Notes under the pieces: model-generated
Told to the model about the DNA's origin: nothing
The model's input: only the letters and a program-made list of their open reading frames with translations
Database searches by the model: none
NCBI GenBank assembly: GCA_951804945.1
Contig: OX638160.1
Span: 22,630,001 to 22,694,000, forward strand
DNA: 64,000 nt
Source of the DNA: Podarcis cretensis
Taxonomy: Eukaryota
Reading direction: 5' to 3'
In this document: positions 53,782-64,000 of the stretch, in pieces
Position numbering within the stretch: position 1 is the stretch's first letter
Layout: the number at the start of each line of letters is the position of its first letter
Position numbers and translations under genes: made by a program

Positions 53782-54052
53782 CCACCCTGTCTTTATCCAG
53801 TTGCAAATAACTTAAAGGCAGGTCTATTGCTTAATTTGGGTCAAAAACCCTAATTAAAGATACAGCTTCCTCCCCACCCCCTCACTGACGGCAGCGGATC
53901 AAATTCTGCAGGGGCTTCTCTGCACCACACAGGCTCAGTGCCTCTGCTCAACAGGTGTTCAGTGGTATGGCTGCTGCTTTGTAAGAGATCCAGTATGGTG
54001 TAGCAGTTAGAGTGTTTGACTAAGATGTGAGAGACCAAGGTTCAACTCCTTA

Positions 54053-54435
54053 AAGGTAAAGGTAAAGGTACCCCTGCCCGTACGGGCCAGTCTTGACAGA
54101 CTCTGGGGTTGTGCGCCCATCTCACTTAAGAGGCCAGGGGCCAGCGCTGTCCGGAGACACTTCCGGGTCACGTGGCCAGCGTGACATCGCTGCTCTGGCC
54201 AGAGCCAGAGCCGCACACGGAAATGCCGTTTACCTTCCCGCTGGTAAGCGGTCCCTATTTATCTACTTGCACCCGGAGGTGCTTTCGAACTGCTAGGTTG
54301 GCAGGCGCTGGGACCGAGCAGCGGGAGCGCACCCCACCGCAGGGATTCGAACCGCCGACCTTTCGATCGGCAAGCCCTAGGTGCTGAGGCTTTAACCCAC
54401 AGCGCCACCTGCGTCCCTGCGCCACCTGCGTCCCT
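54053..54435 (-). mobile_element. Sauria SINE, distinct young subfamily, nested in older SINE
   Basis: Perfect 13-bp TSD GTTCAACTCCTTA; CpG-rich; duplicated 17-bp 5' end. Confidence 0.9.
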
Positions 54436-54677
54436 GTTCAACTCCTTACACAGACACAAAGCTTGCTGGGTGACTTTGGCCCAGTCACTCACTCTCAGAC
54501 TAATCTACTTCACAGGGTTGTTTTTGAGGATAGGAATGGCTAGAGAGGTAAGTATGCCACCCTGGAACCTCCAATCTTTCCGTAGTGGACCCCAGGTCTC
54601 CTGCTCCTTCCTACCATTCTCATAAACCTAAGAGAGTTTTATTTTTTACTTTTCTTATAGGGGAACTGGGTGCACTC

Positions 54678-54862
54678 AGGGGTGCCAACTTGAATAAAAT
54701 ATTGGGGGGGGGTTAAGCCCTGTGCTGCGCAATCAATCACATGACACAGTGCACACACACCATTTGAAGGGCAATACACTTTAACTTTGGGGGGGGACAG
54801 CCCCCTCAAATATTTCATGGGGAAGGCAAAGGGACCTTGGCCCCTAGGAGTTGGCTCCTATG
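54678..54862. mobile_element. Probable hAT-type MITE
   Basis: Ends CAGGGGTGCCAACT / AGTTGGCTCCTATG; TSD not clear. Confidence 0.5.
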
Positions 54863-56213
54863 AGCGCAATGCTGGTGAAATCACAGCCAACAATCACCTT
54901 AATTTCTTAATTTCTCGGGGGGGGGGCGTGCACACACACACACACACGGATAAGGAAATTTTATGCAACTTTTTTGCCATGGCCCTGCATTCTGAGCCCT
55001 TTAATGACCCAGAAATGTCCCTTATTTAAGCCATTTTATTTAGTGCTCTCACATCTTAGTAGGATTTTAAAAGTAGTTCACAGAAACAAAGACACACACT
55101 CTCGCAGAACCAAAGCGAGAATGCAAAATACTGCCTAGGGTGCAAGCTAGACTGAAAAGTCACTTCTAACAGAACCCTTTCATTCTCATTTCAGCTATGC
55201 ATTGCTGCCATCAAAGTGGGGGGTTGGGGGTTTGCATTATGTAGGATAGCTCTAAATCTAGATGTTGTTTTTCAAATCATGCCATAAAAATAATCAGCCC
55301 AGCTACTCATACCAATCATTTCAAAAAATAAAATAAATAGTACAGGAAGCTATTCTCGTGCTTTCCATTTCCGTTCACTATACTAATAGGACAGCAGTAA
55401 AGTTTATGTGGCCCATAAGTTGCTAGGAAATACATTTTGCTCCACATAGCTACCATAAAAGTAATTACTGTTATAAACATACAGTACAGTAGTCTCGCAT
55501 TTGGCAAGCATCCGGATTTTATGTGAAAATTATCAGAATGCCAGATGCAGTTTGATGGTGAGGGGGAAGGCTTCTGACTGTAAGAGAGGGGGGAAATCAA
55601 AATCTTCATCTGAAGATTTTTGGTCATTATTTCTCCCATAATATTGCTTGCTTTTCCAACTGGCTTTACAAACAATTATGCATCTCAAACTATCTTCACC
55701 AACAGATAGGGACTGGTGAATCTGCCATTTTTGGTTTCTCTCAGTTTCTCTTATTTTCTATCTTAAGTTCCTTTCTTCCCAATTCAACATCAGTTTACAC
55801 TTTTTATATTATATTATATTAAAAGTAAAGTTCCTAATTACACTTTTTGTTTTCAAAACCACAGTCCCTAAAATAATGCATTTTTGTATATATTTTTGGC
55901 CAATATCTGCATTTTATGCACATTTTACACTAACATATGCATTTTTGTACACACTACTGGGGGGGGGACTGCATTGCAAAATTTGGGGAAACACAAATTT
56001 CATAGAGGCCTGTGCTTCGGTTCACGTTTCAGAAAGTGCGAGTTAGGCAGATTTGAGAGTTGAATCATATTCCTACCTCATCCCTACCAGCTGGGAGGGG
56101 CAGGAAGGAGAGAAGAAAGGATTGGTTGGGGTGGGTAATTGTAGCATTTATCTTTATCTTAGCAACGCTCAGAATACACAACTTTTTGCAGGTGTGGTTC
56201 TGAAAGGTAATAA

Positions 56214-56267
56214 GTCATTCTCGACTAGACTTCCAAAAATGTCATTCTTGACTAGACTTCCAAAAAT
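56214..56267. repeat. 27-bp tandem duplication
   Basis: GTCATTCT(C/T)GACTAGACTTCCAAAAAT x2. Confidence 0.9.
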
Positions 56268-57125
56268 GTGAGGTGAAAGTCTGCTTGGTTGATCTTGCAA
56301 GAATGAAGCAAGTTTACAAGCATACAAAAGGGGAAATATAAACCTCTCCAGTGCTCTGACTGAATGAGAAATCTGGAGAGAATAACAATGATACATTTTG
56401 GAATGTCAAGTAGAGCATAGGGACACTTTAACCAGCAGCTTATGTATAATCTAAAACATTCTGCTTTAGTAGCCAAATGCACACTAGCATGAACAAATTC
56501 AAGTTTCTTCTTGCAAGAGGAGGAGGAGGAGGAAGAAGAGGGGAAGGCAAAAGGAGAATAGTCTACAAAGAAACTTGACAGGTTTCAGTCATTGGATGTT
56601 TGCCTGGTTTTCACTCTTGGAACCCATCAGAGCACTTGAGACAGCTGTTAGGAAATGGGACATATTATTCTAAAATGCTTGATTTGGAGCTGCCCTTGAA
56701 GGCAGTCCAGAAATGTCTGCTGGTGCAGAATGCTGAAGCCCAGCTGTTAACAGATACAAATTGAAATATTCACATTCTACCTACTCTTTGTGACACTTGT
56801 TGCTACCAGTCTGCTCCCAAGCTTAACCCAATGTACTGGTTTTGATCTCACACAGTGCAATTCTGTATGTATACTTATAAGTAAGTCCTGCAGAGTTCAA
56901 TGGGGCCTACTCCCAGGTAAGCAGGTATAGGGTTGCATCATGAAGTAGTGGTGCATATCCTGATTAAGGCTAGGTCCAACCATCCCTGAACACTGGCCAT
57001 TCCGGCTGGAAATTAGGGGAACTGCAGTCCAACAACAAGTGGGGAACTAAGGTTGGGGAAGGGTAATGTCTCCTCCCATATGACCTCCACATTTCTGAGA
57101 CCCTACAACAGATGAGCTAAAAACA

Positions 57126-57391
57126 CCTCAGATCGTGAAGCTGAGACTCCAATACTTTGGCCACCTCATGAGAAGAGAAGGCTCCCTGGAAAAGACCCTG
57201 ATGTTGGGAAAGATGGAGGGCACAAGGAGAAGGGGACGACAGAGGACGAGATGGTTGGATAGTGTTCTCGAAGCTACCAGCATGAGTTTGACCAAACTGT
57301 GGGAGGCAGTGGAAGACAGGAGTGCCTGGCATGCTCTGGTCCAGGGGGTCACGAAGAGTCGGACACGACTAAACGACTAAACGACAACAAC
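57126..57391 (+). mobile_element. BovB (RTE) LINE 3' end
   Basis: ORF KLRLQYFGHLMRREGSLEKTLMLGKMEGTRRRGRQRTRWLD...; GACTAAAC repeats and CAA tail. Confidence 0.92.
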
Positions 57392-58571
57392 ATGTGGGGG
57401 CTAATTTATGTGGGCCATTCCTGTTGGAATGCCCTCCTGTAGGATTCCTCTCTGAGGGGTTTCCTCTCTGTCATCCTTTCAGAAGTGGGTTATAATCCAT
57501 ACTTCCTGCTGCCCTTTTTTGCACACTGAGTCTGCTAACATGCCTTTCCTACTTTGATGGTCGGTTATTTCTGTTTTCATTGTTGTTCGGATACCAGTAT
57601 GAAAAGCATACAAAAGATAAAATAAGCACTCAAGGTTGTTTGGCTGCAGCTCAGCCCTACATTCTTTGCAAAAACCTTTTATGTACCAAACTGAGGGTTC
57701 CAGAAGGAGCCCATAGGGTTTCGTGTATTTTATTCCAGCTTCCTCTGTTTCATAATTGGGGTGGCAGTCATCAAACTCCCATGAGTCGTGTCTTCTGATG
57801 GATGCCGTTTGTTTATTTATTTATTACCCACAAGACTCATTGTCATCAAGAGTATTTTAAACTACTACAACCAATGCATCCTGCTTGGCTTAGAGTTGCC
57901 CCTGAAGACAATCCAGAAATATTATACTACTGCGGGTTCTGGAGCTCTGTAAGTAAAAAATCAATGGCACCTACCAACAAATAAGAATGTGATTGCAGTT
58001 TCTGGTCAGTGCATCACACAATCCAGCCTTGTTCATGCCCCACCTCCAGGATACCTCCTAATTTTGTATACTGTGAACAGGGTGAGGGAGCATTCTGATT
58101 CTGCATTACACACTGCAGACGGGCTGGTTTCATAAGGTGCTTTTGATACAACATATTTTTGGGTTGTAGTGTTTTTCTCCCTCATTAGGACATATGGGTA
58201 CAAAGGAACCTGACAATTCCCAGAGGACAGTCTTCTTTAGACTGTGCCATATGTTGAGCTGAGGCAGCAAGTTGGACTTAACTAAAATGCAGGGATCAGC
58301 AGAGTATATATGCAACAGGACCACTTTTTTTACCTAGCACACCAGTTAAAATGAATTGCCCTCATTGTTAATATCAAGGCTGCTTGGTTTCTCTTTGTGC
58401 ATACTTTCATTTTTTATAAAATCATTTTTTTCCTGAAAATTTTTGTGATGGGAAACAGAACAAACCATAGGACACAAACCAGTGTTACAAAACAATGGTA
58501 CAGGAATGATACAGGATAGACAGTAAAACACAGAGGTGGATAATAGGCGAGTGAGATAATTGAAGGAAATC

Positions 58572-58701
58572 TAGTGCTAGTTTTCTGGAAAAAGAGGTGC
58601 CAGAACTACAATGAAAGCCTCCCTCTTTCTCATATAATGGGCACCCACCTGAGAGGTGCCAGAACTGAGTTCCGGTGAGTTGCCTCTGAAAAAAAGGCCC
58701 G
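58572..58701. mobile_element. hAT-type MITE (older copy of 6724-6857)
   Basis: Shared GAAAAAGAGGTGCC..GAACT motifs; 7/8 TSD AGGAAA(T/A)C. Confidence 0.7.
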
Positions 58702-58839
58702 AGGAAAACCACAGGAGTATAAAGCTAAAGGCCAAAAATGCTTTGGAATTATGTCAGACCACAGTGGTCATTGAGACTCTTGAAGAAGAACCCCATCCTG
58801 CTGTCAAATTACACCTACAACAAAAGGGAATCAGGTAAC

Positions 58840-59560
58840 TGTAAAAAAATAATTTACATTTAACTCCTCTAGCCAGTCTAATAGCCTCAATCACTTTCGC
58901 CACCATAACCAAAGTTCAAACTCTATCCCATCAGGCCTGGAACATAAAGTCTATGTGAAGTCTCCCATGTTCCACAATCTCTATATGAGCAGCCATAAGC
59001 AAAAAAAGGGAGGGGCAAGTCCTTGTACACAACATTTTGGACTGTATTAGGAAACATTGACAATAAAGCTAACTTAGGGGCTTTTGGAATACTTTGTTGC
59101 ACAATGGCAGAGAACAATCTCATCCAGAACACTTGTACAACTGGACACTCCCACCACATGTGGAAGGATTTCCCCCCTCCCATCCCCCACTGCTTCTTCA
59201 GTAGACACAGACATGGAGCTAAGTATTTTATACAATATGGAAACCACCCCATTCAGATTACTAGAAGACTTCACACACAGTTGATCAAAAAAGGTAAGAG
59301 ATCTCAATTCCCTCACTTTTCAAAGTTAAGCTTTACAGAACAAATGGATTTGATACAATAGAAACCAAGTGGTTCAAACATAACTCGCTTTTTGCCTGGG
59401 TACATCCAGTTCCTGTGCTCAGCCTTTGTCAAACAGAGCGCAAACATGATAAACACTCTTAGCAGCCCAATGAGCATTTGTCTGGATATTGAATTCTTCA
59501 TAAAAGAGAGGTTGGCATAGGAAAGCTGTTAGTGGGGATTCAGATAGAGCTAAGAAATGT
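58840..59560 (-). mobile_element. Degenerate L1/Tx1 ORF2 3' fragment
   Basis: SFHMWWECPVVQVFW matches the L1-clade C-terminal zinc-knuckle (H..W.C) motif. Confidence 0.65.
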
Positions 59561-60477
59561 GGCCATGTTTTCCACACATTCATCTTGGTCAACAACAAAG
59601 AATTAGTAATATGACCCAATTTTTTTTCATTTTTCAACTTCAAAAAAGGAAGCGCTCTGTTATACTGGGGATTGTCAACTTCATTGTCATTATGCACTAC
59701 AGGAATTAATCGCTTGATTTGAAAGGACGCATAACAGCATGGTAAATTTGGGACCCAGCAGGTTACCCAGATCTGCAATTTAAGCTGATATATTATTATT
59801 GATACTCTTAACATTAAAGGAGAAAGAGAGAGCGAACCTTTAACATTTAAAAAGATTTGTTGATAATTATTTTAACTGTCTGACTGCAGCCATCCAACAA
59901 AATTTTACTAAAATCCTTCTCTGGTCAGCTAGCTACAAAATATTTTAAACTGCCTTATGTTTTAAGTCATAAAATATCAAAGCATGTCCCTTGTGTCCGT
60001 TTTTCTGACATAAACCATAAGCATAACTCTGCAAATGTGTCCCAGGAGTAAAATGTCTCATGTTTAAAGCAGAAATCATGTTTACTTCTAGAATATACAA
60101 GCTTTAACCTGTCCATGGCTTTATAAGAAAAATAAATTACAACACCCTGTATCATAAAGTTTCAGTAACAAAATTTAGGACAAGAATATATTAATAAAAT
60201 CGAACACAGTAGCAATAAAAGTGGATTAGGTTTGAATACTGTTGCATGATGGTTTTGCTCGTTACAGGATTATTTTTACATAATGCCCTAGAAGCAAAAG
60301 CACTACTTGGTAAACCAAAATACTCTTTTATACAAACATTGGGGCATGATCCAGAATTCCAGCCAAACTTATAGCACTATCCTGTGTGTGTCTCAAATCC
60401 TATTTCAAGCCCCAGTCGCAATAGAGTGTAACAACTATTTCCTGGTCACAAATCCTTTCTGGGGAAGGAGATTGAGA

Positions 60478-60848
60478 GTACATAAGAATAGACTGCTGGA
60501 TCAGGCCAATGGCCCATCTAGTCCAGTATCCTGTTCTCACAGCGGCCAACCAGATGCCAGTGAGAAACTTGCAAGCAGGGCCTCAGCACAAGAGCACGCT
60601 CCTCTTTTACAATTTCCAGCAACTAGTATTCAGAAACATTATTGCTTCCAACTGTGGAGACAGAGCACAGCCATGATGGCTAGTAGCCACTGAGAGCCTT
60701 CTCCTGGAATTTTTCTAGTCCTCCATTAAGGCATCTAGGTTGGTAGCCATCACTGCCTCCTGTGGGAGTAAGTTTAACTATGGGCTGCATGAAGAAGCAC
60801 TTTCTTTTATCTGTCCTGAATTGTCCAACATTCAGCTTCATTGATGCC
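60478..60848 (-). mobile_element. CR1 LINE 3' end
   Basis: CATAAGAA...GGATCAGGCCAATGGCCCATCTAGTCCAG typical of the squamate CR1 3'UTR (reverse strand). Confidence 0.75.
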
Positions 60849-63800
60849 TGGGCCCGTCAATATTCCACGGCAACATGCGCATGCAGCGTGTACACACCGT
60901 ATGCCGTACTTGTGTCTTGTGGCATGCGCGTGATGCATGGGCATGTCGTTTGTGTGACGTGTGCACATTGGCATGGCGCTGGCCCCCTCAATCGTAGAGG
61001 CAAGCCAGCACACCTGTGTGGGTGTGTACCACATCCTACTTCCTTTCTGCCCCTCGGGACCATCACTTTGCTTCTGCCTCTTCGTTCACCTCCACCTTAA
61101 ACTTAGCTTCTGCTTCACCAGCAGTGGGCTACTGGTGGGCTACTGGTGGGGCTGGGCACGACCCAATGAGCTCACTGTTTTGTGAAAGTCTGGTGTAATG
61201 GGAAACTTGCATCCCCAAAATAAAAAAATGGCACAGGTAAACAAAAACCTGTGCACGTGCTCCCAGTGGGGCACGGAAACACTAACTGAGGTAAGTGAGC
61301 TAAGAACATGGATGTGTACTACCTGCAAAGTATACAGCCACCCATAGATGTGGATACCAGCAACATAGCTGCTGCTTCAACTATTGGTGTAGCATGCAGG
61401 TATGGAAAGTGAAAAGTGATGTGTACCGAAGTGTTGGGCAGGGGGAAGCCCTGTGCATTTCAAACACTTATCATGTATCTAATCTTGGATTTATTTGTTT
61501 TTAAAGTAGCTTTCTAAGTTCCTATATCTCTTTCCTCCTCTCCCCTAACTGCCCATTCCTTCCTCCAGTGTCCTGCTCCTGGGAAATCTGGATCCAATCC
61601 ATGATGCTGGCTTCCAAAACTCCACCTGTGTTTATTAAGGCCTCCAACAGAAACACATCTTATTTGATACAATTTACAACATGCCTTTTTGTAAAAAGAT
61701 CGCACGAGTCATGTTTGTTACTAAATGCATACATACATAGGGCCAAATTATAAGATAGGTTAAATGTGTGAAAGCATCAAACCTATCTGGTGGTGTTTAA
61801 TAGAAGCTACCAGGCATGCATATGTCACAACTGGAACTGTGTTATACAAGGAAGAGAGAGTTCAGTCCTTCCTACTCATACTGTTATGGACATGATAAAA
61901 AACTGGTCTCTAAAAGCTGTTATTTGATTCTGAAGAAAAGGTGCCACTGCAGTCAGTAGCATGTTTAATCACACATTTAATGGGACATATAATTTGGCCC
62001 TTATTAAGCTGGGCAATGGTATCTCCTTGCACAGCAAAGCAACTTCTTTTGCTTCACATACAATTATTTCAACAAATTGGTGGCAATCCTGTACTATAAG
62101 CAGCAGTAGACAAACTAGCATCCCTACACGCATGCCTGACTTTTCAGCACTTAATTGCTGCATGCTCAGCTCAGAAAACCAGAGCCAAAAACAAAAGCAT
62201 GAGGGTGTCTACGTGTGTGTGCATTCACATGTGTTCCAGAGAGACACTTGACTTTCAGCACACTTACCAAAACCATGGGCAGTCTAGGACCTGTTCATAC
62301 CCTCAGCTTAGTTTCCATCTGATGTATTTAGCAAATATAGAACACACACATCTGTGTTGGAATGTACAAGTAATTCCATTACAGAGTAATGGAACCTTTG
62401 CTATAAAATCTTTAAATCACACCATCTTGAATCTACTTCCTATGCATTATTCCAGTTCACTTCCACTTATCAGGCACACTTCATAGATACCGAAACCAGC
62501 ATTCGAAACTCCCATTGTTCTAGGCGCATTAGAACTGCACACTTCTCCCTGTTCTGAAGCTTTAATCCATGCTCCTTGCCCAACATGTGCTTCTGTGTCA
62601 CAACTATATTTTGAAATACATGGACATGAGCAATAATCCTTACCAGTTATCAAATAGAAGAGGCAGCTTCTAGGACTTCTCGAACTTCTAGGGCTTGGTG
62701 TTTTTTTAATGCTACAGTGTTGTACTGGGATCACAGGAAGTTTTATGCAGATGTGCCCCAAATTGTGCAAAAGCTTCAGCCCCAGTTGTGGACATCCAGA
62801 GAACATTTAAGGGTTGAACAAAACACAGTGTTAAAACTCTGCTCCAGTGTACACAGAGGTGGAATCAGAAATTCTATGCCAGGGTTGCCTAGAAACAAAC
62901 AAACACCATGCCAGTTTTACTACTCTTAAGCTTTTAAGAGTTTTCTCCATCTTGAAGCCTCCAGCCCAACAAGAAACAGCTGTCTATGTGCTTCTAATGC
63001 ATGTGGGGACTCTTAATGGCAACAGGTTCAGCAGGAAAGCATTGGGTGGGTAGAAGGCAATTGTTTCAGGTCAGCATTAAACCTACGATCTGAGGCCATT
63101 TTGCATTTAGCTCCATGATACTGTCACTTACATCCAGGTGAGACCAGCATCTCAACCCATTTTGCATGCAAACCACCATCTTTAAAACTCCAGCACAGCC
63201 ACTGATCACTTATCCTTCTAGGAAGAACACTCTGACATCGCTATCAGAGACTGGGGACTCAGCTATGCAGAGATTTTCACAGTGTTTGTGTGTAGATTTC
63301 ACCTGAGTGTCCACTCATAACTATGGACATGCAAAACCTGCTACATTCACATGTGCCCTTGGTGCTCAGTGCATAGTGGTATGTCACTGACCTCCTCAAC
63401 ACGGCTCTCCAACTCCCAGGTCACTGTAACCAAGAACCATATCACAATCCTCTGCATGTTTATTTAGAAATATCCCCCCCCCCTCATATATTTCATATAT
63501 GGCTCCTGACACTAAGCACAACAGGCATTTTCCAACTTCCTTCCCCAAAGTAATTTTCTTAAATGCTTTGCCTTATGTGTACACACATGTGCAATGTTAT
63601 GCAATGCATAAGAGGAATCAATTCATGCTCTAAAAAACAAACACAGTACTCTGAATGCCAAAAGCGTACACACACACAAACACACCATTTGACTTTTAGC
63701 CACTGGGTGTGTGTTTTTTTCTTCTTTCTTTCTGCAGGAGCTTTAAGAGCAAATTTAAAACACCAGTCTGTACTAGCCATCACTGTTCATCATAGAATAT

Positions 63801-64000
63801 TATGCAGCACTAAAAACACTTGAGCTGCAACAGGTAGAAGCATGCCTCAGGAGCTTCATAAAAGTCAGGTTCCCTAAAAGCATCACTTAATATTCTGTAA
63901 AACTCAGCACTGGGGAAAGGCCTGCAACTTTCTAATCATAAGGCAACATTTCAGGAGCTGCAAGAGGAGGCAATTTTTTAAGGCACTGTCTGAGTAGCTT

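Overview
Vertebrate genomic DNA from a squamate reptile, probably a lacertid lizard, judged from Sauria SINEs, BovB tails, L2/CR1 fragments and lizard-type MITEs. The only host gene supported is the 5' end of KIAA1217 (Sickle tail/SKT) on the minus strand. Its first coding exon is 9778-9709 (70 nt, MEEAESQKPEPLLACPRDSRQMK, absent from the ORF track). It splices across a 7.9 kb phase-1 intron to exon 2, 1800-1523 (278 nt). The remaining ~54 kb is upstream (or upstream-intronic) sequence rich in transposable elements: 7 Sauria SINEs, ~10 Tc1/mariner-pogo MITEs, several hAT MITEs with 8-bp TSDs, BovB/L2/CR1/L1 fragments, microsatellites and a 130-N gap. The most unusual item is a 691-bp solo LTR (31401-32091, TG...CA, 5-bp TSD AAACC). 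Its U3 carries an intact 116-aa ORF with an acidic/proline-rich body and a basic tail containing RRSARL, the core of the HMGN nucleosome-binding domain. Almost all other ORFs in the track look like chance ORFs or repeat translations. All family and gene assignments are from recalled sequence features, not database searches.
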